A DNA stretch of 64,000 bases, from assembly GCF_016432865.1 (NCBI RefSeq), contig NC_067400.1:587078001-587142000 (forward strand), written 5' to 3'. Shown here piece by piece: positions 1-13,664 of this stretch. This DNA is from Antechinus flavipes. Its lineage: Eukaryota. Made by a program: the position numbers and the translations under genes. The first letter of the stretch is position 1. Every line of letters begins with the position of its first letter. A model generated the notes under the pieces. It was not told the DNA's origin and made no database searches. It saw only the letters and a program-made list of their open reading frames with translations.

Positions 1-483
1 AGTTTTTGTTTCCACAAAAATAGCTGCTATAAATATATTTTATACACATTTTTTTGTGTACTTTGATCTTTCTTTCTTTGATCTCTTTAGGGTATAGACC
101 TAGTAGTGATATTTCTGGGTTAAAGGGTATGCACAGTTTAATAACTTTTGGGGTATCATTACAAATTACTTTTCAAAATAGTTGGGCCAATGCATAGTTC
201 CATGAATAGTGCGTTAATGTACTTATCTTCCTAACACTCCCCAATATTTGTCATTTTTCCTTTTTTATCAACTTTGCCAATATAATTTAAAACCTCAGAA
301 TTGTTTAAATTTGTATTTTTCTAATTAATGATTGAGTACATTAAAAAATATAGGTTTTTATAGCTTGATTTCTTCCTCTGAAATTTGCCTGTTTACATTT
401 TTTGACTATTTGTCAATTGGGAAAATAACTCCCTTTCTTATAAGCTTGAATCAGTTCCCTATATATCTTAAAAATGAGACCTA
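1..483 (-). mobile_element. Old L1 fragment (antisense), left part of a host element split by younger insertions
   Basis: AT-rich antisense L1 ORF2/3' phrases (gggtatagacctagtagtg, gggtatgcacagttt, aaatgagacc). The same element appears to resume at about 5451-5534 and 6121-6600. Confidence 0.7.
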
Positions 484-2765
484 AAGGAGATTTCCAGAAG
501 CCAAGATGTCAGAGTAAACAGTAAATTGCTGTAACTCTCCCACATTCACCTCCAAACAACCATAAAATAGCACCTTAAAAGAAGTCCTAGAACAGCAGAA
601 TCAGCAAAAAGATGGCGTGAAACAATCTTTTAGGCCAAGAAACTTGGAAGATTAGCAGGAAAAACCTGTCTCAGGTGAAAGGAGAATGCAGTTCCCGACA
701 GGAAATATCTCAGCAAGCTAGCAACAAGCTGTACCTCAGCAAACCAGTGGGATATCCTGGGCTCCAGGGCAGTGGAGCAGGTAAACCCCTATACCAAGGT
801 CCCTCATGTGACCCAGCACAGCCAGGGTAATGGATGGACTCCAGCTCAAAAAGTTGCCCGGTGCTTTAGCACAGACTGGATAAACAAGAACCCCTAGTAG
901 CCACACTTTCATGGGCTTTAGTACAGCCCCATGGTACCCCACTGGTCTCAGCCCATTTCAGACATACCAGCATCAGGGCCCTGGCTCAGCACTAGGTAAA
1001 CTACCTGACCCCCACAGTCTCTACAAGCATTAATCTCTTCTCACTACCCCTCCAATGGAATACCAGACATGAGGGGCTCAGTAAAGCATCAAGTCAACAG
1101 CCAGGGTCTACAACCCCTGGCACAAGAAACTTGAAACAGTGCCCCATCCACACAAGGAGTAGACTTCAAATTTAAAAGAAAGAAAAAAGGCTAAAAAAAG
1201 TAAACCACCCTCCCCCAAACCAAAACAAAACAAAAAATAATTTGACCAAAGAAAGTTATGGTGACAAGGAAGATCATGACACAAACTCAGAAGAGGACAA
1301 CGATATCAAAATGTCTAAGGGCAAAGTCCCCCCAAAAAGGGGAAATGGTCTCAAGCCCAGAAAGAACTCATGAAAGAGCTTCAAAATGAGCTTAAAAATC
1401 ATAATGGAGAGATAGAAGGGAAAATGAAGGAGTGATGTAAGAAAATTATGAAAAAAAGAGCCAATCACTTGGAAAAAGAAAATAACTGCCTATAAAGTAG
1501 AATTGGCCAGATGGAAAAGGAAATATAAAAATCCATTGAAGAAAACAACTTAAAAAGTATAATTGGGAAAATGGAAAAGGATTTATAGAAGCTAACAGGA
1601 AAACAATTCCTTAAAAGTTAGAATTGGTCAAGTGGAAAACTAATGACAGTATAAGACAACAAGAATCAATCAAATAAGTTAAAAAGAATGAAAAAAGAGA
1701 AGAAAACGTAAAATAGTTCATTGATAAAAACAACTACCCCAGATACAGGTGCAGGAGAGACAATATTAGAATTAGTGGACTATCTGAAAACCATTATCAT
1801 ATGGAGGACCTGAATAGCATCTTTCAAGAAATTATCAAGGAAAACTTCCTCATATCCCAGAACCAGAGGGCAGGATAGGCATTGAATGAATCCACCAATC
1901 ACCTAAAGAAAAAGATCCCCAAATAAAAACTCCAAAGAACATTAGAGTCAAATTACAGAACCATCAGGTCAAAGAAAAATACTGCAGGTGGCCAGAAGGA
2001 AATTAATTTATTGGATTTAGCAGTTGCAACATCAAAAGATTGGAGATCATGGAACATGATATTCCAGGAAGCAAAGAATCGAGGACTACAACTAATAATC
2101 ATATACCCAGCAAAATTAAGAATAATGTATCAAAGAAAAACATGGTCATTCAATGGAACAGAAGAATTTCAAGCTTTCATAAGAAGACCAGAATTGAACA
2201 AAAAAATATGATCTTCAATATTGACTCAAGAGAAGCCTCAAAAGGAAAAAAGTGGAAAGAAAACAAAGGAATTCAGTGGAATGGAACTGTTTACTTCCCT
2301 ATGTGGGAAGATGGTATTTGTAATTCTTTAAAATTGTGTCATTAATAGTAGAGCTACAAGGAATATACATAGACAGAAGGCAAGGGTATAAGGTAAATTT
2401 GATAAGAAAAATACACAATTAGTAATTGTAACTGAATGTGAATGGGATAAACTCTCCCATAAATAGAAGCAGATAGCAGAGTGGATCAAAAATCAGAATT
2501 CTATAACATATTGTTTATCAGAAACCTAGTTGAAACACAGAGACACACAGAGTAAAGTAAGGACTTGGAGCAGAATCTATTATATTTCTCCTGAAGTAAA
2601 AAAATAAAGCAGGGGAAATGATCATGATCCAGATAAAACAAAAGCAAAACCAGACCTAATTAAAAGAGATAAGGAAGGAAACTATGTTTTGCTAAAAGGT
2701 ACTATAGACAATGAAGTAATATTAATACTAAAAAAATATGCACCAAGTGGCATAGCATCCAAATT

Positions 2766-2945
2766 ATTTTTTTTTAAAATTTTATTTTCCTTAATATTTA
2801 CAAGATATATGCACGGGTAATTTTTCAGCATTGACAATTGCAAAACCTTTATTCCAATATTTCCCCTCCTTCCCCTCATCCCCTCCCCCAGAAGGCAGGT
2901 TGACCAATACATGTTAAATATGTTAAAGTATAAGTTAAATACAAT
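2766..2945 (-). mobile_element. 5'-truncated L1 3' end inserted antisense inside the larger L1
   Basis: Poly(T) followed by the marsupial L1 tail in reverse; perfect 14-bp TSD atagcatccaaatt at 2752-2765 and 2946-2959. Confidence 0.9.
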
Positions 2946-3410
2946 ATAGCATCCAAATTCTTAAAGGAAACGTTAAGTTAATTACAAGAAGAATATAGAG
3001 AGCAAAACTATACTAATGGAAGACCTCAACTCTCTCTTCTCAGAATTTGATAGATCCAACCAAAAAATAAACAGGGAAGAAACTAAGGAAGTGAATAGAA
3101 TATTAGAAAGATTAGATATGACAGACCTTTGGAGAAGACTGGGAACAGAATAGAATAAACCTTTTTTCCAGTAGCACATGGTACCTACCCAAAAAATTGA
3201 TCATGTGTTAGGGTACAAAACCTCAAAATCAAATATAGAAAGGCAAAAATATTAAATGTATTCTTTTTTTGGATCATACTGCAATAAAAATTACATTAAA
3301 AAAAGGGCAGTGGAAAGACAGATTAAAAATTTATTGGAAGATTTATGACAGAGAGAGCCATGTGCACCTAGAAAGAACATTGTCAGGACTGATTGTGGAT
3401 CATAACATAA

Positions 3411-3858
3411 TATTTTTTTAATTCAAGTTTTTTATTTACAAAACATATGTATGAGTAATTTTTCAACACTGACTCTTGCAAAACCTTGTGTTCCAAATTT
3501 TGTCCTCTTTCCCCCCACCCCCTCCCCTAGATAGTAGGTAATCCAATACATGTTAAATATGTTAAAATATGTTAAATCCAATATAGGTATACATATTTAC
3601 ACAATTATCTTGCTGCACAAGAAAAATCAGATCAAAAAGAAAAAAACTGAGAAAGAAAACAAAACACAAGTTAATAACAGAGAGAGTGAAAATGTTGTGT
3701 TGTGGACCATACCCAGTTCCCACAGTCTTCTCGCTGGGTGCAGATGGCTCTCTTCAACACAAAGTTATTGAAACTGATCTGAATCATTTCATTGTTGGAA
3801 AGAGCCATGTCCATCAGAATTGATCATTGTATAATCTTATTGTTGCCGTGTATACAAG
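3411..3858 (-). mobile_element. L1 3' UTR fragment, antisense, at the ORF2 deletion point
   Basis: Poly(T), then reverse L1 tail (caaaaccttgtgttccaaattt, aatccaatacatgttaaatatg); no TSD seen. Confidence 0.85.
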
Positions 3859-4829
3859 ACACAGTAGCAAATGACCATAGTATACTAGTGTTTGATAAAC
3901 CCAAAGACTCCAGCTTTTGGGAAAAGAATTCCTTATATGAAAAATGACTGGGCACAAACTCGGTATAGACCAACATATACATCATATACAAACATAAGGT
4001 CAAAATGGGTACATGATTTAGACATAAAGAGTGACATTATAAGCAAATTAGAAGAACAGGGAATAATCTATGTGTAGATCTATGAAGAAGGAAAAAACTC
4101 ATGACCAAACAAGAGATAAAAATAATTATGAAATGTAAAATAGATAGTTTTGATTATATTAAATTTAAAAAGTTTTTGCACAAAGTCAAAGCAGCCAAAA
4201 TTAGAAGGGAAGCAGAAAGCTGGAAAACAATTTTTACAGCAAGCATCTATGATAAAGGCCTCATTTCTCATATAAGTAGAGAACTGAATTAAATTTAAAA
4301 GAATACAAGATACTGCCCAATTGATAAATGGTCAAAGGTTATGAACAGGCAGTTTAGATGAAGAAATAAAAGCTACCTATTGGTATATGAACAAATGCTC
4401 TAAATCACGTTTGATAAGAAAAATACAACATCAAAACAACTCTGAGGTACCATGTCAAACTTATCAGATTGGCTAATATGAGAAAAAAAGAAAATGATAA
4501 ATGTTGGAGAGGATGTGGGAAAATTGGGATACTCATGCACTGTTGGTGGAGTTGTAAACTGATTCAACCATTTGGGAGAGCAATTTGGAACTATGCCAAA
4601 AAGGCAATTAAAATGTCCATACCTTTGATCTAGCAGTACTACTATTAGGTCTGTATCTCAAAGAGATCATAAAAAGGGGAAAGGACCCATATATAAAAAA
4701 TATTTATGGCAGCTCTTTTTGTCATAGTAGAAAACTGGAAATTGGGGGGATGCCCACTAACTGGGGAATGTAATGTATTGTAGTAAGAAAAATGATGCAG
4801 TGTTATTGTTGTCTAAGAAATGATGAACA

Positions 4830-4990
4830 GGGCCAGCTAGATGGAGCAGTGGATAGAGCACCACCCCTGAAGTCAGGAGAACCTGAGTTCCAGTCTGGTG
4901 TCAGAAACTTAACACTCCCTGGCTGTGTGACCCTGGGCAAGTCACTTAATTGCCTTAGCAAAAAAAGAAAGAAAAAAGACTTTAAAAAAG
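4830..4990 (+). mobile_element. WSINE1-like tRNA-derived SINE
   Basis: gggccagctagatggagcagtggatagagcaccacccctgaagtcaggagaacctgagttc (A/B-box head), then gtgtgaccctgggcaagtcactt and an A-rich tail; TSD atgatgaaca at 4820-4829 and 4991-5000. Confidence 0.85.
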
Positions 4991-5534
4991 ATGATGAACA
5001 GACAATTTTCAGAAAACATGGAGAGATTTAGATGAACTGATGCTGAGTGAAGTAAGCAGCAGAAAACTGTACACAATATCAGTAACATCGCATGATGATC
5101 AGCTTTTCTCAGCAGCACAATGACCCAAGATGAAGAATTTATAAAGGAAATGCTGTCCATGTCCAGATAAAGAACTGATGGACTCTGAATGTAGATCAAA
5201 GCATACTTTTCCACTTACTTCATTCTTTTTTGGTATTTTTTCTTTTGATCTATTTCTTCTTTCACAAGTGTAACTAATATGTTTTACATGATAGCACATG
5301 TCTAACCTATATTAAATTGCCTACCATTTTTAGGAAGAAGGGAGGGGAGAAAGAGAGGGAGAAAAAATGTGGAACTAAAAATCTTGTAAAAATGAATGCT
5401 GGAAATTGTCTTGACATGTAATTGAATAAATGTATAAAATACCATTAAAAAAAAATCAAATCTATTTGAGGGAAATGCGCTGCCAAGATTTTTTCCTATC
5501 ATTTAGCTGATTCTTTTCTAATTTTAGTTACAAT

Positions 5535-6120
5535 TTGGAACTCTGCCTAAAGAACTGTTAAACTGTGCGTACCCTGTGACCCAGCAGTGCCTCTCAGAAT
5601 GCCTGGGTCATAAAGGAGGGAATTATAAAAGAGAGAAAAGGACTCACGTGTGCAAAAATGTTTGTAGTCGCTCTTTTTGTGGCAAAGAACTGGAAACTGA
5701 GCAGATGTCCATCAGTTGGAAATGGGTGAACAAGTTCTGGTATATTTTATCGTTCTATAAAAAATGATGAACAAGCTGATTTTAAAAAGGCCTGGAAAGA
5801 TTTACATAAACTAATGCTGAGTGAAACAAGCAGAACCAGGAACACACGGTACACAGTAACAGCAAAAATGTGTGATGATCAACTATGAAAGGCTTGATTC
5901 TTCTCAGTGGTTCAATGATCCAAGGCAATCCCAATAGACTTTGGACAGAAAATTCCATCCGCATCCAGAAAAGGAACTAGGGAAATTAAATGTAAATCAG
6001 CACATGCTATGTTCGCTTCTTTTTTCTGTTTTTTTTTTCCTCCTGTGGTTTTTCCTTTTTCTGATTTTTCTCTCCCAACATGATTCATAAAACAATGTGT
6101 ATTAATAAAATAAGATAAGA
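5535..6120 (+). mobile_element. 5'-truncated L1 3' end
   Basis: L1 ORF2 end and 3' UTR with aataaaaataa tail; 16-bp TSD with one mismatch, taattttagttacaat (5519-5534) / taattttagctacaat (6121-6136). Confidence 0.88.
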
Positions 6121-6600
6121 TAATTTTAGCTACAATGAGTTTGTGGAGAAAAAAGAATTTAATTTTATGTAGTCACGATTGTATATCTTGCCTTATGTTA
6201 TCCTTTATTTGGTCATGAACTCTTTCCCTTTCCATGAATCTGATAGATATTTTCTTTCTTACCCCTCTAATTTGTTTAAGACGTTGCCCTGTTTGAATCA
6301 TGTACTCATTTAAGCATACCTCAGTTTACCTTGTGAGATGCTGATTTCTATCTAGTTTCTATCAATCTGATTTTCAGTTTTCCCATCAGTGTTTTGGTCA
6401 AATACTGGTTTGTACTCCAATAGATGAGATCTTTGAGGTTATCAATTACTAGATTACTGTGTTCTTTCACTTTTGTATAGTGTGTAACTCATCTGTTCCA
6501 TTGTTGGATCTAGTTCTTAACCGGCAACAAATTGTTTTGATGATTATTGCTTTGTGGAACAGTTTTAGACCTGTTATTTTAGATGTTACTGAGAAAGATA
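6121..6600 (-). mobile_element. Continuation of the old antisense L1
   Basis: Antisense L1 ORF2 phrases (ttggtcatgaactctttccc, atcaattactagattactgtg); right boundary approximate. Confidence 0.6.
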
Positions 6601-7929
6601 CTGGGAGTCCCTCCCCACCCCAAGAAAATTTTACAATCTAAATGCTTGAAATTTCTCTGACTTTTTGCTCTGAAAAGTTCAAAGCACTTTTTTTTTTTGT
6701 ATGTTCCATAATAAATTCTCAGTTTGTCCAGGGGGTAGGTGGTGAATAGATCCTATTGTCTTCAATTTTCCCAATAAGGTGAGGGAGAAACTCAAGTTTA
6801 TATATAAAATTCATGTCAAAAGCTTATATGACTCTATGTCTCTAGGGCCCGAGGTCTTGGATGCTGTCTGTCTAAACTGCATCCCCCTCTCTCATCAGAG
6901 TGCCACGGAATTCTCCCAGGTGGTAAGTTCCCAGATAAAATAGCTAAGGATTCCTGAAGAGGAAGGGCCTTGGGGGGGACAGAATCTCAGAGCTGAACTC
7001 CAGGCCTCTGGCTCATTGAGGATCCCAGGATAGACCCTATTTCCTCCTCCTTTGAAGAAAAGGCCAGGGTGGGAGATTACTCAGGATGGCCAAAGGCAGG
7101 CTGTTTTTCATTACTGTCCTGCCCCTCTGTGGGCCAGGCAGACCTTGCTAGTCCCAAGAGAGTGGAAGAGGAATTTATTTGTCCTAGCTACTGGATTAAA
7201 CCCAAGAGCCCCATCTCACCTGAGAAAATTGAAAATGTCAGAGCTGGGTGGGGGGAAATGCTCGTTTCTTAGCTGCTTTCAATAACAGAAGGAGGAAGAC
7301 AAGGTCTTTAATGAAGTTTTTGTTTTCCTGGAGCAAGTACATTGGAGGTCAACTGACCTTTCTCAAAATTTTTTCCTTTGTTTTTTCTCTTTTCCTTCAG
7401 AAAGTATTTGCTATGGGCCAGAGGAGAGTTTGGGGAAAACCTCCTCACAGGAAACCAGACCTCCTAGGTCCCTTTCCTCTCTCTGCTCCTCTGCTTGCTT
7501 TACCAATCAGGAAAATCCAGGTCTCAAAACTCACTTCCTCGGGGAAACCTTCTTGGACAGAGCAAAGGATTTCTAAGAATCTTTCCTTCTCCCTTCAGTT
7601 TGGCCATGGAATTCCTGTGGCTACTTCCCAGAGTCCCCTTCTTTACACCAGCTCTATTTTACTCAGCTCCTTCCCCCCCTCTCCTTCCTTTAGATGCTGT
7701 ATAGACACCTATGGGGACTGGGGGAAGAGCACCTGGAAAGAGCTAACTAACAAACTCTTGTCATTTAACAAGCATATAAGGAAGGGCCACTGGAGATTTA
7801 TGAGAGGCAAGAACACAGTTCCTGCCCACAGAGAGCTTACGCTCTCACAGGGGAGGCCACATTGAATAGTCTGTACATACCCTATAATGCAAAGGTGATC
7901 TGAGCAGGAAAGGGTAGTATTTGTGTTGT

Positions 7930-8520
7930 GGGGAAAGGATGCCTGTAAATATATGAATGCTATGGAATATTATTGTTCTGTAAGAAACAACAGCAGGAGG
8001 ATTTCAGAAAGGCCTGGAGAGATTCACAGGAACTGATGCTGAGTGAAATGAGCAGAATCAGGAGATCATTGTACACGGCAACAAGATTATATGATGATCA
8101 ATTCTGAAGGACGTGATTCTTTTCAACAATCAGATGATTCAGACCCAGTTCAATGATCTTGTGATGAAGAGAGCCACCTACACTCAGAGACAGGACTGTG
8201 GGAACTGAGGGTGGACCACAATGTAGCATTCTCACTCTTTTTGTTGTTGTTCACTTGCATTTTGTTTTGCTTCTCTTTCTTTTTTTACTGGTTTGATTTG
8301 ATTTTTCTTGTGTGACATGATAATTGTATAGATATGTATGCATATATTGGATTTAACATATATTTCTACTATGTTTAACATATATTGGACAATTTGCCAT
8401 CTAGGGGAGGGGAAGGGAGGGGAATTGGAACCCAAGGTTTTGCATGGGCTAATGTTGAAGAGTGGTCCACGTGTATGTTTTGAAAAAAAAAAAACAAAGC
8501 TTTTAATTAAAAAAAATTGG
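7930..8520 (+). mobile_element. L1 3' end (dasyurid-type tail)
   Basis: ttgttctgtaagaaa...gaactgatgctgagtgaaatgagcagaa...ggatttaacatatattt...aaagcttttaattaaaaaaaa. Confidence 0.9.
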
Positions 8521-8844
8521 AAAGGTAAGAAAAGGCCAAACCTGGGTTTCAGGAAAATCCACTCTGGCAGCTGAATGGAGGATGGATTGAAGTGGAGAGA
8601 GACTTGAGTCAGGTAAATAGTCCAGGTGTGAGGTGATGAGAGTCCACACCTCGGTGATGACAGTGTCAGAGGAAAGAAGGAGGTATATGGGAAAGTTTGT
8701 AAGAGTAGAAACAGCAAGGCTTGGCAATATATTGGATGTCAGTTGGGCGTGAGAGTAGAGCTGAAGACACCAATGGGTGACTGGGAAGATAGGGTAACTT
8801 CAGTGTTGGGCAGAGGGAGAATCTTGTGGGGATGAATATATATT

Positions 8845-9134
8845 TATCTATCCATATCTATCTCTATCTATCATCTATCTATCCATCTATCTATTTACAG
8901 CATCTATCTACCTATATTATTTATCTATCAACATCATCTATCTATCTCATCTATCTCTATCTAATCATCTATCATCAATCTATTCATCGATCTGTTTACA
9001 TTATGTATCTATCTATCTCATCTCTCTAGCTACATTATCTATTAATCATTTATATCGCCTGTCTCTCTATCTAATCATCTATCACCTATCGATCTATCTA
9101 TATCATCTATCTATCCATTTATCTCTATCATCCC

Positions 9135-9186
<52 letters not shown>
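8845..9186. repeat. Compound (ATCT)n microsatellite, degenerate on the left and pure on the right
   Basis: Repeated tatc/atct units, with a pure run at about 9137-9186. Confidence 0.95.
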
Positions 9187-11269
9187 GGGAGGGAGTTCTG
9201 TTTGGGATATTATGTCTGAGATCCCAGCAGGTAGTTGGTGATTCAAGACTAAAGCTCGGAGAAGTTAGGGATAGAGATATAGATCTGGGACCCACCTTCA
9301 TAGAAATGATCATTGAACCCATGAGAGCTAATGAGATGACCAAAACAGAACACTTTATTTTTCACTTTAATAGCAACTGTCTCACAGGATTGTGGTGATG
9401 AAGAAGTGATAACATTTGTACAGCACTTAGCATAGTATCTGGCACATAGTAAGTGTCATATATACATACATACATATATATGTAGCATCAGTAGCATATA
9501 TATATGCTAGTGATGATGATGATGGTGATGATTCTTTCCCTTTCATGTCCCTGTTTGCATGCTGTCTGCCCCCTTAGATCGTAAGGTTCTTGAAGGCCAG
9601 AACTATTTTTTGCCTCATTTTGCTCCTTCAGCACTTAGCATAGTGCCTGGCCCTTAATAAATTACATTACAAAATGATGACCCCTAAGTTTTCGGCTCTT
9701 TGATCTATGACCTTTTTCCTTTGAGCCTATATTTGAGCCTATAACATTCCAAACCTCCAAAGATCATTGTGAAAACTCTTAAGTGTTGGAGAAAAGTGAG
9801 TGGATTATTAACCATTTACAGCTGGGGTTAAAATCTTCATAGGAACTTGCCCTCATTTCTTGTGAAAGTATTTGTCTCTTTCCTTAGGATGCTTGGGATA
9901 GTCTGGTATTCCTGGTCTCCCTTTCTCTGCCTGCGCCCTCATTTCTTCCGCCTTACTCTCCCTCCTTACGACAAAAAGGAAACTCGAACCCAGAAGCACC
10001 AGACCCGGATTCCAGCTTTGCCACTGGCTTTTTGTGTGACGTTGATAATTCCTTTCCCCTCCTTGTGCATCACTTTCTTCCCCTGTAAAACAATAGCATC
10101 TTTAAGATCAGAATTAGTCAAATTCTATTTTAAAGATGAACCAACAGAAGACCAGAGAGGGGAGCACAGGTACCCAAGTGACAGAAACAAGATTCCTTTG
10201 GGTCCAGAGGAACCATCCGATGGAGACTTTTTCCTACTTCCTCCTAACCCTCATTTTCTGCCTCTTCTTCCCCCTCAGAAATGGCTCAGCCCACTGGGAG
10301 TTCTTTCCTTGGACCTCCGGCGCCGTCAGCCCCACATTTCCAGCAATGCCGTCGGGCCGAGCAGGGGATGCGGTGATTCTCCTGTGGCTTCTTCTCCTTG
10401 GGAAAGCCCCACACCATTTACTGCAGTTCACCCACTTGCCGCTGAGATATTAATGTACTTCAGGGGTCAGTGGAGCTCAACTACCAAAGCTGTTAATAGG
10501 CCAAAGCAATTCCAATTTCATGCCTACATGGGCTTTCCTCCATTAAGGGAAGAAGAGAGAAGAAATCACATTTTATTTCTTTTGTGAAGTAGGCTGGCTT
10601 CTGGAGGCCGCAGCAGTCCTGTCACCGGGCAGCAGAGGGGGCTCGCAGCTCGCAGACAGAGCCCCAACCTGATGCTGGGGAAGGAGGAAGTAGGAGGCAC
10701 CGGGAGGGTTGCCCTGTGGAGTTGTCACAGAATCCTCGAGCCTCTGAGTTGGCAAGGTCCTTGAAGGACATCCTCATTCAGAGCACCTGAATTTAAGTGT
10801 CAGCTCCGCTCTTTACCCGGGTGAACATAAATATGTCACTTTATTTCTCTAGGCCTTCATTTTCCCATCTGTAAAATGGGTTTAGGTGATTTTTATGATG
10901 TTTTCCAATTCTAAATCTAAGCTCAGTCAAGCAGCAACATGGTATAAAAAGAAAAACCTGACTTCCAGTCGTGCTTCTGATTTCCTACTGACTAAGTGAC
11001 CTTGGGCAAGTAATTTACCCTCACGGTGGTCCAAGCAACTTCCTAGGACAATATATTGCAGAGCAGTCCATCCGGGAAAGTCCCTTCTCTGGGGAAGTAT
11101 AATGACAATTAAAATCACAAAGCCAACTCAATACATTTTGGGTCTGATCCATCTTGTGGGAACAGGGTTGAGTCACAGTGTAAAATTGTAGTCCATTGGC
11201 TTTGGACCCAGAATTCAAATCCTATCTCTGATGCTTAAAAATCTGTGTGAATTTGGGCAAGACATGTTT

Positions 11270-11410
11270 AACCTATATTGGATTACTTGCTATCTAGGGG
11301 AGCAAGGAGGGAGAAAAATTTGGAACACAAGGTGTTACAAAGGTGAATGCTGAAAACTATCTTTGCATGTATTTCGAAGATAAAAAAGCTATTATTATAA
11401 AAAAATTAAA
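11270..11410 (+). mobile_element. Short L1 3' tail
   Basis: catgtttaacctatattggattacttgctatctagggg...ggaacacaagg...aaaaagctattattataaaaaa. Confidence 0.85.
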
Positions 11411-11654
11411 AAAGAATTTGAGACTCTTTGTCTCCTTGGTTCTCAGTTTCCTCATCTGTAACATGAAGAGGTTGGCCTCTGAACTTTATTCCAGATCTAG
11501 ATCTATGATCCAGAGTCACTCAACCTCTCTGGACCTTAGTTTTCTCATCTATAACAGGAGGATAATACTTGCACTTTCTGAACGGGAGAAATCTCCTTTG
11601 TAGCCATTTATGAGAAATCATCATCATCACTGGTAGCTACCATTTATACAGGTC

Positions 11655-12040
11655 CTCAAGATTTTCACTGAACTTGGTTAAAAAGTTCCTCCTGACATCC
11701 ATCCTAAATTTATATTTCTATATCTTCTACCCACTGTTCCTAGCTCTGCTCTGGGGCCAAGCAGAAGTCAGATTCTTTTTATACTTGTCAGCCTTTCAAA
11801 TATTTAAAGACAGTTCTCGCTTCTCTCCTTCTTCCCCTCAAGTCTCTTCTTCATCCCAGAATGCTTTAATTCTTTCACTCATCTTCATGCAGGTCTCAAG
11901 GCCCTTCATTATCATGGTCATCCTCCTCTGGGGGCTCTCTAGCTTATTCGTGACCTTCCACACGTGCTACCCAGAACCGAACAGCATATTCCAGGTGGAT
12001 CCAAGTGCAGCAGAGGACAATGGATTTATTTCATGCTGAT
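11655..12040 (-). mobile_element. CR1/L3 fragment, antisense
   Basis: Reverse CR1 ORF2 3' phrases (aaaaagttcctcctgacatcc, aaatatttaaagacag, catcctcctctgg, cagcatattccagg). Confidence 0.7.
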
Positions 12041-13199
12041 GTTGAGTTTTTCACTCCTGCTGAGTCATATAAAAGAACTTTTAGGCTTTCTAGGGACCTT
12101 AAATCCAACTTGATCCATAAATTAAAAATGTCATCTCTGTATAAGGCTACAGTCAAACGGCTCAGCACGGTTGATTGGATCATGACCTAGAAGCTGGATT
12201 ATACAGTTCATCTGGATGGACCGGTCATCTGGCAAGCAAGTCAGTGGGTTGGGCCGCTGGAAACCATGAGTGAGGATTATGGGGACCATAAGACCTTGTA
12301 GTTCATCTAAACTGACCCTTTCATTTTACAGAGAAGGAAACTAAAGTTCTGAGAGGAGATCAATCTTGTTCAAGGATATGCAGACAGTAAGTGACTGGTT
12401 TGGGAATCATTACCAGGAATTTTAATTTAAAATCTGATTGCTAAATCATAGATATAAAATTGGGAGACACCTTAGAGTATATCTAATCCAACTTTCTCAT
12501 TTTATAGTTGGAGAAACTGAGGTAGAAAGAAATTTGCCCAAAGATAATAAGTGACAGAGATGAGATTTAAAACATGGTCATCTCATGTCATTTCCACTAA
12601 ATTACATTTCCTCTCAAATGAGTGAACACACACTTATTAAATGCCTAATATGTTCTGGACCATCGCCAATGGCATTGACATACAGAGATAAAAGAGACAG
12701 TTCTTTCCTTTAGTCAGTTGACTAACAAGCATTAATTAACTGCTTGCTGTGTGCCAGGTACCGTGCAAAACACTGAACATATAAAGAATGACAAATGCTC
12801 TTTCTACCTTTACATCTGAATAGAGGAGACAATACATTAGTAACCAGATAGCCACACTGCAGAGCAAATAGAAGGTGATCTAAAAAAGGAAGGGCCGGGC
12901 AGCTGGGAAGACTGGGGAAGATTTCCTGCCCCTTTGCCACACTGGCACATGGGAATGGTCAAATTGTGGGCCTGTATGGGTAACCTTGTTCCGGGTAACC
13001 CAGATGATCTGGGGTTTACCTAGAGGGGTGGAATAGAGAAGGTCTCAAAGCAATAGGTGCTGAGGGAGAGCAGGTGGAATCCCTGGTTCCTGATGCTGAC
13101 AGGGTGGCTGATGCTTCCCGACCCAGCCGGGGTGTACCTATCTCAGTCTGGGAAGGGAGGATCTGACGCATGGGTTCACTGCCTGAATGAGGACATTCT

Positions 13200-13435
13200 T
13201 CTAAAAATATAAGCATTTGTATTTTGTTTTCTCTCTCATTTTTTTCCTTTTTGATCTGGTTTTTCTTGTGGAAATATGTATAGAAGAATTGCACATGTTT
13301 AACATAATCACTTGACATCTAGGGGAAGGGTTGGGGAAAGGGAGGGAAAAATTAGAACACAAGGTTTTGTAAGGGTGCATGTTGAAAATTATCCGTGTAT
13401 ATATTTTGAAAATAAAAAGCTTTAATTAAAAAACC
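13200..13435 (+). mobile_element. L1 3' tail
   Basis: gatctggtttttcttgtg...gaacacaaggttttgtaaggg...aaataaaaagctttaattaaaaaa. Confidence 0.85.
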
Positions 13436-13664
13436 CCAGAAAACCTTATAAGCACTGACTTTTAGAGCAGGGAGTCCAGAATGGCCTCTTCTTGTCTTTT
13501 GGACTTACTTCTCCTTCCTCCCACCCTCAAGAGACGCCAGCAGCATCCACAGCCATGAGAAGAGACTCCAAATTCAGAAGGCCTGAGATCAGTCCCCCCA
13601 TTTCCACTTAGAAACCATGAAACTTTGAATTGTCATGATCTTTCTAGGCTTCGACTTTCTTTTT

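Larger units (their letters stand above)
484..5450 (+). mobile_element. Decayed L1 with 5' UTR, ORF1, endonuclease, internally deleted ORF2 and 3' UTR/poly(A)
   Basis: 5' end ggagatttccagaagccaagatg. ORF1 C-terminus DLAVATSKDWRSWNMIFQEAK...YPAKLRI (2011-2211), with repeated aattgg...atggaaaagg coiled-coil units at about 1500-1640. Endonuclease-like text at about 2400-3330, ORF2 C-terminal text at 3860-4790 and an A-tail at about 5445. Degenerate TSD aaaaatgagaccta (470-483) / aaaaatcaaatcta (5451-5464). Many stops and frameshifts. Confidence 0.9.

Noticed and set aside
4830-4900. tRNA-like A/B boxes
   Set aside because: They are the head of a SINE with an A-tail and TSD, not a tRNA gene.
484-5450. 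Potentially active L1
   Set aside because: ORF1 and ORF2 are fragmented by stops, frameshifts and nested insertions, and the RT region is missing.
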